This document shows, one piece after another, positions 42,502-51,802 of a stretch of DNA of 64,000 nt (position 1 is its first letter; every line of letters starts with the position of its first letter). Source of the stretch: Candidatus Latescibacterota bacterium. GTDB taxonomy: Bacteria; Latescibacterota; UBA2968; SICM01. The notes beneath the pieces were generated by a model. It worked only from the letters and a program-made list of their open reading frames with translations. It did not search any database and was not told where the DNA came from. Both the position numbers and the translations under genes were made by a program. Where the stretch lies: NCBI GenBank assembly GCA_965217865.1, contig CBDCJO010000002.1, positions 4,608,001 through 4,672,000 on the forward strand. Direction: 5' to 3'.

Positions 42502-43566
42502 ATGGGAAGATATTCGAAACAGGCCTGGAAAGGCAAGTGTCTTTTTATGGTTATCGATCTTCATCGCAAAAGTTGGCACGTGACCATTCGATCCGAAGAT
42601 GGTTTGGTCCTTTTTTCCAACAACATTGGTGGCCGTTGGGAGGACCTGGAGCGATTGTTGTCCCGGTTCTCCGACGCGGGACAGATCTCGGTCGTCTACG
42701 AGGCAGGATATTTTGGGTTTTGGGTATATGATCGGCTGATCGAATATGGGGTAGATGCGCGGGTGACGCCTCCTCATTTGATTCCTCAACGCTCTGGTAG
42801 TCGGGTGAAAAATGATCGTCTGGATAGCGGAAAGTTAGCTGAGTGCCTACAGTCTGGCCAGTTAGAGGCCATATATGTTCCGACTGTGGAAGAGCGTGCG
42901 CATCGGCAAGTGTCCAGGCGTCGTCGTCAGTGCATCGGCAATCGGGTTCGGACTCAAAATCGGATCAAAGCAGAGCTTCGGGTGAATGGGATTGAATTGC
43001 CTCGAGAATCGAGTGGCAAATGGAGCCAGGTCTTTATCGATAAGTTGAGAGCCTTCAGGTTTCAGAATCGGTATCAGCAAGAATGTTTTCAGACCTTGCT
43101 GAATGAATTCGACTTCCAGTCAGAGCAGATCGAAAAGCAGACGAACCTGCTGAAGGAACTTTCAAAAAGCGATGGATATCGGGATCGCGTGGAGATCCTG
43201 ACCTCTACGCCAGGTATCGGTTGGATCAGTGCCATGGAGCTCCTGTTGGAACTGCAGGACGTCGCACGATTTCGAAAGGCTGATCAGTTGGCCGCTTATA
43301 TAGGCTTAACGCCTTCACAATATTCGAGTGGGGAAAACCTCCGGTTTGGACACATCACGCGTCAGGGCAGATCCAGCTTACGGTGCCTGTTGGTTGAGGC
43401 CGCATGGCGAGTCATCAAAAAAGATGGTGCGATGAGAGAAAAGTATGACCGGATCAAAACTCGGGCCGGATCCAAACGAGCTATTGTCGCGATTGCCAGG
43501 ATTCTAATTATTCGGCTCCGAGGGATCCTGATTCGCAAAGAGCCCTATGTGCTGGGACTGGTTTAA
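42502..43566 (+). CDS. IS110 DEDD transposase/recombinase
   Basis: AGGAGG RBS; IDLH, YEAG, KNDRLD, PGIG, GLTPSQYSSG, AIAR. Confidence 0.95.
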   Translation: MGRYSKQAWKGKCLFMVIDLHRKSWHVTIRSEDGLVLFSNNIGGRWEDLERLLSRFSDAGQISVVYEAGYFGFWVYDRLIEYGVDARVTPPHLIPQRSGSRVKNDRLDSGKLAECLQSGQLEAIYVPTVEERAHRQVSRRRRQCIGNRVRTQNRIKAELRVNGIELPRESSGKWSQVFIDKLRAFRFQNRYQQECFQTLLNEFDFQSEQIEKQTNLLKELSKSDGYRDRVEILTSTPGIGWISAMELLLELQDVARFRKADQLAAYIGLTPSQYSSGENLRFGHITRQGRSSLRCLLVEAAWRVIKKDGAMREKYDRIKTRAGSKRAIVAIARILIIRLRGILIRKEPYVLGLV

Positions 43567-43579
43567 GCCTAACGACTGT

Positions 43580-43780
43580 CCGCACCCTTTTTAAACACCT
43601 CTTTCGATCCGGAGGGAGGAACGGCGTTGTCATCCTTGAAGAGCCTTAGATTACTCCGTGGCTCAGTGTGCCGAATCCTCTCCAAAATCCTCCGGATCGA
43701 TAACTTGTGGCGCTTCGTGTGACCTCGAATAGTAGGCTGGTTGGGTTTGAAAGCGGTGAGGCAACAATCTGTAGATTCCC
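43580..43780 (+). ncRNA. Predicted bridge/seek RNA of the IS1111 element
   Basis: 12-bp stem 43604-43615/43689-43700 encloses segments matching the flanking target; downstream segments match the element ends; boundaries approximate. Confidence 0.75.
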
Positions 43781-43840
43781 TTTGACTTTTAACATAGTAG
43801 GATGACATATTTTGGCTAGCGTTATTTCTACACTGAAACC

Positions 43841-44689
43841 ATGAACTTACTCAAAAAGGTAAAAACCGGGTTGAAGTCCCTGGTCAGCAGGGGAATTCCG
43901 GAAAATCTCTGGATCAAGTGTGACCGATGCCATCAGTCCGTTTTCCGAAGGAAGGTGGAACAGGGTAGCGGAACCTGTCCCAACTGCGGGGGGCATTTCC
44001 GGATCGGCCAGAGGGAGTACTTCGAACTCCTTATCGACGGAGGGAGCTTCGAGGAGGTGGCCGGGGAAGTCAAATCCAAGGATTTCCTCAAGTTCAAGGA
44101 CCGGATATCCTATTCAGAACGGCTTAAGCAGATGCGGAAAAAGACCGGTCTTAAAGCGGCGATCTATACGGGGATCGGGCGTATCGATGGGCGTGATGTG
44201 GGGGTCGGGATCCACGAAATCGGGTTTATCGGAGGGAGCCTGGGCTCAGCTGAGGGGGAACGCATCTGCCGGTTGATCAACCGTTGTACACTGGATCGAC
44301 TTCCGCTCGTCCTGGTCTGCAGGTCAGGCGGGGCCCGGATGCAGGAAAGCGCGATGTCCCTGATGCAGATGGCCAAGGTCAGCGCCAAGCTCGCGGGTTT
44401 TTCGCAGGAGGGGTTGCCTTATATCGCGATCCTGTGCGATCCGACTACAGCCGGGGTCACCGCGAGTTACGGAATGCTTGGGGATGTGAACATCGGTGAA
44501 CCGGATGCCCTGATCGGATTTACCGGGGAACGGATCACAGGGAGTTCCGTGAGCCCGGAAGAACAGGAGGAGCTCCGCCGAGCCCAGCGCGCGGAGCTGA
44601 TGTTCAAGAACGGATTCCTTGACATGATCGTCCAGAGGGATGACATGAAAAGGACCGTATCACAGCTGCTGGCGCTTCTTTGCGATTGA
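43841..44689 (+). CDS. accD: Acetyl-CoA carboxylase carboxyltransferase beta subunit
   Basis: LWIKC..C Zn finger, FIGGSLG, SGGARMQE, PTTAGV. Confidence 0.95.
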   Translation: MNLLKKVKTGLKSLVSRGIPENLWIKCDRCHQSVFRRKVEQGSGTCPNCGGHFRIGQREYFELLIDGGSFEEVAGEVKSKDFLKFKDRISYSERLKQMRKKTGLKAAIYTGIGRIDGRDVGVGIHEIGFIGGSLGSAEGERICRLINRCTLDRLPLVLVCRSGGARMQESAMSLMQMAKVSAKLAGFSQEGLPYIAILCDPTTAGVTASYGMLGDVNIGEPDALIGFTGERITGSSVSPEEQEELRRAQRAELMFKNGFLDMIVQRDDMKRTVSQLLALLCD

Positions 44690-44778
44690 AAGTTTCAGGT
44701 TCGGGTTCAAGGTCCAGGCGAGCAGTGAGGCGCGAGCGGTTGACCTTCACGACTCACATTCCATTGAGAGGAAATGCC

Positions 44779-46119
44779 TTGAAGGGTCTTTTGCAGTTGC
44801 TGGAAGATCGGGAGAAGATCGGCAATCCCCTGCGGGTCGGCCTGATCGGGGCGGGAAAATTCGGATCCATGTTTCTGAGCCAGGCCAGGCGGGTGCCAGG
44901 CCTTCACGTGATGGGGATCGCGGATCTTTCCCTTGAAAAAGCCCGAGAATCGCTCCTGCGGATTGGATGGCAGCAGGAACAATTTTCGGCAAAGGGCTTC
45001 GACCGGGCGCTCAAAACCGGGTCCACCTGTCTGACTGATGACAGCAGTGCCCTGATCAAGGCGGAAGGGTTGGATGTCCTGGTGGAGGCCACGGGCGACC
45101 CTGCCGCAGGAATCCGCCACGCCCTGGCGGCATTTGAATCGGGGAAGCACGTCGTCCAGGTCAGCGTTGAGGCGGACGCGCTGGCAGGATCTCTCCTTGC
45201 CCGAAAGGCTGAAGCCGCGGGCGTGGTCTACAGTATGGCCTACGGTGATCAGCCTGCCTTGATTTGCGAACTGGTCGAGTGGGCCCGCGTCAACGGTTTT
45301 GAGGTCGTGTGCGCGGGTAAGGGCACCAAGTACCTCCCGATCTACAACAGGTCAACACCCGAAAAGGTCTGGGAGCATTATGGCTTCGACAGCGAGGCTG
45401 CCGCAAAGGGGGGGTTAAACCCAAAGATGTTCAACTCGTTTCTGGACGGGACCAAGTCCGCGATTGAAATGGCCGCCGTGGCCAACGCAACGGACCTGGT
45501 TCCCCAGTCCGATGGTTTGGGCTTTCCTCCGTGCAGTGCCAAAGACCTTCCGAACGTCTGCCGGCCTGAAGCAGAAGGCGGCCGGCTTTCGCACAAAGGG
45601 ACGGTCGAGGTGGTGTCCTGCCTGGATCGGGATGGACGCCCGGTCGAACCGGACTTTCGCTGGGGGGTCTATGTGACCTTCGAAGCCCCGAGCGAATATG
45701 TCAAACGCTGCTTTGTCGAATATGGGATGAACACAGATACGACAGGACGCTATGCGGCCATGTACAGACCCTATCACATTGTGGGTCTAGAATTGACTTT
45801 CGGCATCCTTAAAGTGGGTCTACGCGGCGAGGCCACAGGTACGCCTACAGGATTCATTGCGGATGTTGTCGCCCGGGCGAAGCGGGATTTACAGGCCGGG
45901 GAGGTCCTCGACGGGGAAGGCGGGTACAGCGTTTACGGTGTGCTCGCCCGGGCCGAGGAGGCTATGAAGGTTGGAGGGCTGCCGATTGGACTCGCCCGTG
46001 GCGTGAAGTTGAAAAGGGGGATCGTGAAGGATCAGACGGTTCGCTGGTCGGACGTTGAATATGATGAGAAGGATCCCGCGGTGCGATTCCGGAAGGAGAT
46101 GGAAGGGGAAGGGAAATGA
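44779..46119 (+). CDS. Homoserine-dehydrogenase-like NAD(P) oxidoreductase with a C-terminal SAF domain
   Basis: GAGKFG, GDQP, GKGT, SFLDGTK, LDGEGGY. Confidence 0.88.
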   Translation: MKGLLQLLEDREKIGNPLRVGLIGAGKFGSMFLSQARRVPGLHVMGIADLSLEKARESLLRIGWQQEQFSAKGFDRALKTGSTCLTDDSSALIKAEGLDVLVEATGDPAAGIRHALAAFESGKHVVQVSVEADALAGSLLARKAEAAGVVYSMAYGDQPALICELVEWARVNGFEVVCAGKGTKYLPIYNRSTPEKVWEHYGFDSEAAAKGGLNPKMFNSFLDGTKSAIEMAAVANATDLVPQSDGLGFPPCSAKDLPNVCRPEAEGGRLSHKGTVEVVSCLDRDGRPVEPDFRWGVYVTFEAPSEYVKRCFVEYGMNTDTTGRYAAMYRPYHIVGLELTFGILKVGLRGEATGTPTGFIADVVARAKRDLQAGEVLDGEGGYSVYGVLARAEEAMKVGGLPIGLARGVKLKRGIVKDQTVRWSDVEYDEKDPAVRFRKEMEGEGK

Positions 46120-46244
46120 AAAATGAAAAATAAAAAGTTCAAATTGCAAAATCTAAGGATACAGTGACACAGACGGAACCCGTGTCAGAGCTTAGACCCA
46201 AAAGACAGCCGAGGTGGTTCTCGGCTGTCTTTTGGTTTGGGCCC

Positions 46245-47456
46245 TCAGGACGCGGAGAGCGATTGGCGGGTTTGGACATCGGAACCCTGTCTTTTGTGAA
46301 GATAAAGCCAAGCCTGAACCCCGAGGGCGAAGAGAATGACGCCGGCTGCGATGAGATAGGGGGAACGAAGCCCGAGATATTCGGCGGCGACCCCTCCGAC
46401 AAGGGGGCCGATAAAAAATCCGCTGCCTATGAGTGCCTCGTGGAAGCCGGTGCTGCGACCTTTCGGGCCTCCCGTGAAAAGGCTGTAAAAGATGCTTGCG
46501 GTAAAGGAGAACCCGGCGAGCACACCGGTGGCGAGGAGGCCAATCGCGAAATCGATGGAGCCGGATCCCAACGCAAGCCAGGCCAAGCCGGCCCCGCCCA
46601 GAAGCTGAGCGGCTGCCAGAGGAGCCAACCGGAACTGCCATCTTTCCGTGCGGGAAACCAGGTAAAATGTGATGAGCATGGCAAGTCCGATAGTGGCCAT
46701 GAGCCGTCCAAGGGAGCCCGGAGGGACGCCAAGATCAGTGGCGAATTTGGGAAAAAGGGACCGGATCGTACCCAAGGCGAAGAAGGTGGCGAAGGTCGCA
46801 ACTCGTGCGATTCGAAGGAAGCGGTCGGTCACCGGGTTGTCCGGTGGAGCCGAATCGGTTGAGGTTGGGCCAATCTCGTGAAATTTTAAATAGAACATGG
46901 AGATGGAGACTATCCCGATCAGGCCGGCGCTGAACAGAAATGGCCATTTCCTGTCAACCCCGTAAAGCGCCCCCCCGATTGCGGGGCCGATCAGGAGGCC
47001 GAATGACCAAGAGACATTGAAAAAGCCGAGAGTCCGCAGGAGTTCCACCCTGGATTTGTGAACTCCCAACCATGCTTGAAGCGGGGCCGAGCAGCCAGAC
47101 TGGAACAGCCGGGTGATGCCGAACAGAACCGCCACGTGGGAGACGCGCGTTGTCCAGATATAGAGGGTGATAGAGAGGGCGATGGCGATGGCGGAAAAGG
47201 AAAAATAGCGCTGATAGCCCAACCGGTCAGAAAGGCGTCCCGAAGCAAGGCAAGCCAGGGTGTAGGTGAGCGAACTGACCGCTCCGATGATGCCCAGGTC
47301 CTGATATGTGGCACCCAGCCACATGGCGAGGAGGGGGATACACAGGCCCATACAGGACATGCTGCAGACCATGACGAAGGCGGCCGTATAGAGATAGGGT
47401 TCTTTTTTCACGGGGCTATTTTTCTTAAAGGAAATCCGACGGCATTCGTAGCCCAC
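46245..47456 (-). CDS. MFS transporter
   Basis: About 12 hydrophobic segments; motif A GRLSDRLG; start uncertain. Confidence 0.88.
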   Translation of the reverse strand: MGYECRRISFKKNSPVKKEPYLYTAAFVMVCSMSCMGLCIPLLAMWLGATYQDLGIIGAVSSLTYTLACLASGRLSDRLGYQRYFSFSAIAIALSITLYIWTTRVSHVAVLFGITRLFQSGCSAPLQAWLGVHKSRVELLRTLGFFNVSWSFGLLIGPAIGGALYGVDRKWPFLFSAGLIGIVSISMFYLKFHEIGPTSTDSAPPDNPVTDRFLRIARVATFATFFALGTIRSLFPKFATDLGVPPGSLGRLMATIGLAMLITFYLVSRTERWQFRLAPLAAAQLLGGAGLAWLALGSGSIDFAIGLLATGVLAGFSFTASIFYSLFTGGPKGRSTGFHEALIGSGFFIGPLVGGVAAEYLGLRSPYLIAAGVILFALGVQAWLYLHKRQGSDVQTRQSLSAS

Positions 47457-47477
47457 AATTTTATGGAGAATTCTCTT

Positions 47478-47609
47478 TTATTCAAACTTGATGTTGAACC
47501 TCAGTGAAAGGTACTGGCCCGAGGCGTCCCAAGGGCACTTGTCGTAATAGCCGAAGAAGTGGTGATTGGGACCGATGGTCAGGTTGCGAGCAGGAGGGAA
47601 AGAGCTCAT
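47478..47609 (-). pseudogene. N-terminal remnant of a TolB/oligogalacturonate-lyase-like beta-propeller gene
   Basis: MSSFPPARNLTIGPNHHFFGYYDKCPWDASGQYL, then an abrupt end. Confidence 0.55.
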
Positions 47610-47718
47610 ATGATGAATCTTTTTGGTTTTGAAATGGACAGAGCGAAAGGGGTTTTCTGCGGTTCGAGGCAAGCCGGATAGGAAAAAAAGGAGGAGTGAG
47701 AGTCGGGCCCCACTTCGG

Positions 47719-48366
47719 TCAGGGCCCAGGAGTGAGTCCGCCGGAATCCGCCATGCGGGTCAGGAGGTCTCTTTCGTTGAGAAAAGGAAGAGAGGAATCC
47801 AGGAAACGGTTGAGCAGACTCTCGGAGTCGAGGTTCGATGTGTCGATCTGCATCTTTTCACTGAGCCAGGATTCGCGGTACTCCCGCTCGAAGCGATCGA
47901 GCACGGTCTGGATATCCCTTCTTTGGACTATGGGGTAATCGTGTGGAGATTGGGACATCCGTCTCTCGATAACCTCAGGACTGGCCGTCAGGAGGACGAG
48001 GAGGGTGTCGGTGGGCATCTCGGTTTCGTATCGCCGGGTTATATCCGGCAATGGCTTTTTCCCCGGATAATAATAAAGGGGGCCATAGACGGCTTCTTCG
48101 ATATGAAATCCCCCAAGGAGGATGTGCTGGAATAGTTTGAGCAACCACACGTGATAGACAACCTGGAAACGCTGGAAGCGTTCCTTCAGGTCCGGGGAGA
48201 GTCCGAGCATCGTTCTCCGGTCCTCTTCGCTCATCATCTGGCGATCGGGGATGGAAAAGTGATCGTCCAGGTGATGCTCGATGCCCTTGACACGGCCCCA
48301 ATCCATGAGACCTTCAATGAGGGTCGTTACTCCGGTGTATTCACAGCCGACGACGATAACGCGCAT
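47719..48366 (-). CDS. Nucleoside/nucleotide kinase-fold protein
   Basis: P-loop-like GCEYTGVTT, LVLLTASPEVIERR, IDTS. Confidence 0.7.
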   Translation of the reverse strand: MRVIVVGCEYTGVTTLIEGLMDWGRVKGIEHHLDDHFSIPDRQMMSEEDRRTMLGLSPDLKERFQRFQVVYHVWLLKLFQHILLGGFHIEEAVYGPLYYYPGKKPLPDITRRYETEMPTDTLLVLLTASPEVIERRMSQSPHDYPIVQRRDIQTVLDRFEREYRESWLSEKMQIDTSNLDSESLLNRFLDSSLPFLNERDLLTRMADSGGLTPGP

Positions 48367-48425
48367 AGGATTTTTACACGTGGACGTAAAACGGCAAACG
48401 TGAGATGGGAGAAACGAATTCCTCT

Positions 48426-50057
48426 TTATTTTGAGAACTCCGTTTCCTCCCGTGTCATCATCTCGAGGACAGCAGGCCGACCGGTTTGCGTGACTTCGAG
48501 GCCGCGCCGGATGGCCGGGACGATCTCATCGATTTTTTCGACCCGTTCACTGTACGCCCCGAGCCCTTCGGCGACGGTGGTATAGTCGCCCGACAGGAAC
48601 TTGGTGCCGTATCGCTCTGTGGCCACGGCGAGATATTTTTCGTACCCGCCCATGGCGCCGTTGTTGAGGATTACGGTCAGGATCGGGATCTTCTCCCGGA
48701 CAGCGGTCTCGAAATCCATACCGGCCATTCCGACCGCGGCGTCCCCCATGATGTTGACCACGGTCTTTTCCGGATCAGCCAGCTTCGCTCCCATCGAAAG
48801 GCCGAGGGAGTAGCCGAGTTGGGTGGACTTTCCCCATCCAAGATAGCCTCTCGGAATGATGGATTCGTAGAAGGGAACGGCCTGGTCCCGGGGGTTGCCG
48901 GAATCGTGGGTCACGATTGCCTTCGACCGGTCAAGGGTGTGCATTAGGTCCCAGATCACCCGGTAGGGGTTGAATGGGACTTCGTCAGAGGTGAGTTTGG
49001 GCATCCATGACGCGAGCCATTTGTCTTTGATTGATTTGAGCTCCTGGGTGAAGCCCCCGTGAACGGGGCCTTCGCTTTTGGCCTGATCTCTCATCTCTTC
49101 GATGATCTGTCTGAGGACGAGCCGGGCGTCCCCCAGGATCGCGTGGTCGATCGGGTATTCGTTGTGCAGGTCGAACTCATTAAGGGTCGTTTGAATCAGT
49201 GTCTTCCCGGGTGGGATGGGCGCGGATAAGAGAGATCTGGAAAAGCTGCAGCCGATTCCCAGGATCAGGTCCGCGCTGTCCAAGAAGTGGCTCGCAGGTC
49301 CGGCCAGGGTGTTTGAGACGGTGCCCGCGGAAAGCGGGTGATCCTCGGGAAACGCACTTTTCCCTGCTATGGTTGTGACGACCGGGGCGCCAAGACTTTC
49401 GGCGAATTCTCGAAGTTCCTCCCAGGCGCAGGCGTAGTGGACACCCTGTCCGACGTGAATCAAAGGGGCCTTCGCAGAAAGCAGGGCGCGGACGGCTTCG
49501 GATACATCTTGCGGGTCTCCCGCGGTCCGGACGGGACGTGCAGGCTTATAGTCGAGGTGATCCTCCGGGAAATCCATCAACGCAAGATCCGTAGGGATAC
49601 CGAGCACCACGGGGCCGGGGGGGCCTGATCTCAGGCGGGTGAAGGCCCTGCGCATGAGTTCCGGTATCCGGTCTGGGGTGTTCAACCGGGATGTCCATTT
49701 CGCGACCCCCCGGTAGTGCTGCTCGACATCGAAGTCCGGATGAGTACCCCACATGTCTAAGGAAGACTGCCCGGGGAGAAACAGGATGGGGGAGGAATCG
49801 GCGAAGGCCTGTGCGACGCCCCCGAAGGCGTTTTCGACCCCCGGGCCCGTTTGAACGGTGCAAACCCCGATCCGGCGGCCGTTCGAAACCCTGGAATAGC
49901 CGTCGGCCATGTTTACCAGGGTCCGCTCTGTCCGCGCGAGGATAGGACGGATCCCGCCCCTCGCCGCGGCATCGATCAGTGAATTGTGAGGAAAGCAAAA
50001 CAGGAATTCGACGCCTTCCCGCTTAAGGATCTCGACGATCGCATCGTCTGTATTCAT
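48426..50057 (-). CDS. Thiamine pyrophosphate-requiring enzyme (acetolactate synthase-like)
   Basis: MADGYSR, GPG, TPP motif GDAAVGM...NN. Confidence 0.92.
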   Translation of the reverse strand: MNTDDAIVEILKREGVEFLFCFPHNSLIDAAARGGIRPILARTERTLVNMADGYSRVSNGRRIGVCTVQTGPGVENAFGGVAQAFADSSPILFLPGQSSLDMWGTHPDFDVEQHYRGVAKWTSRLNTPDRIPELMRRAFTRLRSGPPGPVVLGIPTDLALMDFPEDHLDYKPARPVRTAGDPQDVSEAVRALLSAKAPLIHVGQGVHYACAWEELREFAESLGAPVVTTIAGKSAFPEDHPLSAGTVSNTLAGPASHFLDSADLILGIGCSFSRSLLSAPIPPGKTLIQTTLNEFDLHNEYPIDHAILGDARLVLRQIIEEMRDQAKSEGPVHGGFTQELKSIKDKWLASWMPKLTSDEVPFNPYRVIWDLMHTLDRSKAIVTHDSGNPRDQAVPFYESIIPRGYLGWGKSTQLGYSLGLSMGAKLADPEKTVVNIMGDAAVGMAGMDFETAVREKIPILTVILNNGAMGGYEKYLAVATERYGTKFLSGDYTTVAEGLGAYSERVEKIDEIVPAIRRGLEVTQTGRPAVLEMMTREETEFSK

Positions 50058-50073
50058 AGGTCCTCAGGATGCT

Positions 50074-50871
50074 TCATTCGGTACCTGCGAAGGATGATGA
50101 TTCACCCAGTCCCTCGCTTCCCATCGCGGAATATCCGCCATCCACGGGAAGTTCAGCGCCAGTGATGAAACTGGCGTCGTCGCTGCACAAGAATAGTATC
50201 GCCCTTGCAATTTCCCTGGGTTCGCCCAGGCGTCTGAGCATGTGATACCGGCCCCAGACGGGTTCCCACTTTTCACGATCCCCGTTGGCGGCCTTCGCCA
50301 CCTCCGGGGTCCATATCCAGCCTGGGCTGACCGCGTTAACGCGGATCCCGTCCGTCGAGAGGTCCAAGGCCTGGCATTTTGTCATGACGAGGATAGCGCC
50401 TTTAGAGGCATTGTAGGTCCATCGTTGAGGCTGTGCAATATGAGCGGAGATGCTGGCCATGTTGACGATGGCCCCGCCACCGGCCGCACGCATGGGTTCG
50501 TGGCAGGCCTGGACCATGTTTGCATAACCCCGCACATTGACCCCGAGGCTTCTCTCCCAATCGGCCGTGGTGACGTCCAACCCCTTTGCGATGAAGCTGA
50601 CCGCATTGTTGACCAGAAAGTCTATCCGGCCGAATTCCGTCGTCACTTCAGATACGGCATCGCGGCAGGCTTCCGCCTCGGAGACGTCAACCTCGAAAAA
50701 GCGGGCTTGAAGGCCCTGGGCCTGCAGGGTCTTCACGGTCTGCTGGCCCCCGACCTGGTTGATGTCGAATATGGCTACGGCCGAGCCTTCTTCCGAAAAT
50801 TCCCGCGCGGTAGCTGCCCCGATCCCGGAGGCTGCCCCGGTCACGATGGCCACGCGTTCAGACCAGTTCAT
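50074..50871 (-). CDS. SDR-family oxidoreductase
   Basis: TGAASGIG, NNA, YNASK. Confidence 0.93.
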   Translation of the reverse strand: MNWSERVAIVTGAASGIGAATAREFSEEGSAVAIFDINQVGGQQTVKTLQAQGLQARFFEVDVSEAEACRDAVSEVTTEFGRIDFLVNNAVSFIAKGLDVTTADWERSLGVNVRGYANMVQACHEPMRAAGGGAIVNMASISAHIAQPQRWTYNASKGAILVMTKCQALDLSTDGIRVNAVSPGWIWTPEVAKAANGDREKWEPVWGRYHMLRRLGEPREIARAILFLCSDDASFITGAELPVDGGYSAMGSEGLGESSSFAGTE

Positions 50872-50884
50872 TTGAGGCCCCTTT

Positions 50885-51589
50885 TCAAAGTTTGAAAACG
50901 ATTTCGCTCTGGGGGTCCCCTCCGGATTCAAGAGGCCTGATACAATCAGGATTGTCGAAACCGGGAGGGTTCACCTGCATTGATACCTCATAGGCTTCCA
51001 TTTCTTCGTCGGGAGGGGGTTGAAACGAACCCAGGATCTCGGATATGTCTTTCCCGGATGGGTCCAGCCAGAGTTCTTGAGACGTCTGATCGAGTATGGC
51101 AGGCATGCGGTTGTGGATCCGGGACATGAATGCGTTGGGTTCTACGGTGATGATGGTGCACGTGCGAAGGGGAGTGCCGTCAGGAGACGACCATTCATCC
51201 CATAATCCGGCGAAGGCGAACAGGTTCCCGCCGCGAACGCGGATATGGAAGGGTTGTCGCTGGGTGCCTGCTTTTTTCCACTCATAGAAGCCGTCGGCGG
51301 GAATGAGACATCGCTGACGGACCAGGGTATGCTTGAAAGAGGGTTTTTGTGCCAGGGTCTCAGCACGTGCGTTGATCATCCTGTTGCCGATGGCGGGGTC
51401 CTTTGCCCAGAACGGCACAAGCCCCCAACGGTAGCCATCCAGGCGTCGTTTGGCGTCCTGAATCACCACGGCAACTGACTGAGATGGCGCGATGTTATAT
51501 CGCTGCTCGATTGAAAACGAAACCTCCTGAACGCCGAAGTGCGCGAACACCTCTTCCAGGGTGTGATACAGGGTGAATCGACCGCACAT
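50885..51589 (-). CDS. SOS response-associated peptidase (SRAP/YedK, abasic-site protection)
   Basis: N-terminal MCGRF, RYNIAP, NARAET, GFYEW, HNRMP. Confidence 0.95.
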   Translation of the reverse strand: MCGRFTLYHTLEEVFAHFGVQEVSFSIEQRYNIAPSQSVAVVIQDAKRRLDGYRWGLVPFWAKDPAIGNRMINARAETLAQKPSFKHTLVRQRCLIPADGFYEWKKAGTQRQPFHIRVRGGNLFAFAGLWDEWSSPDGTPLRTCTIITVEPNAFMSRIHNRMPAILDQTSQELWLDPSGKDISEILGSFQPPPDEEMEAYEVSMQVNPPGFDNPDCIRPLESGGDPQSEIVFKL

Positions 51590-51802
51590 CGCGACCTCCC
51601 GAGGAGAAAAAGGAAATCGCATACTACGAACGAACCCATTCCGGTGCAAGGAAAAAAAGGTCCGATCGAGGTGAAGTCTAGGAACGTTGGCAGGGAGGAA
51701 AAAGTGAGTGTGGAAGTGTGGGAAAAACGATCTTTCCCGGAGCGCGGTTTAGAAAATCATCGTGAGGGAGGTTTATTTGTATCCAAGCCGACTCCGTCAA
51801 TA

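Larger units (their letters stand above)
42402..43800 (+). mobile_element. IS110-family (IS1111 group) insertion sequence
   Basis: 14-bp sub-terminal IRs ACTATGTTAAAAGT (42406-42419) and ACTTTTAACATAGT (43785-43798); AG core at both ends; long 3' non-coding region. Confidence 0.9.
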
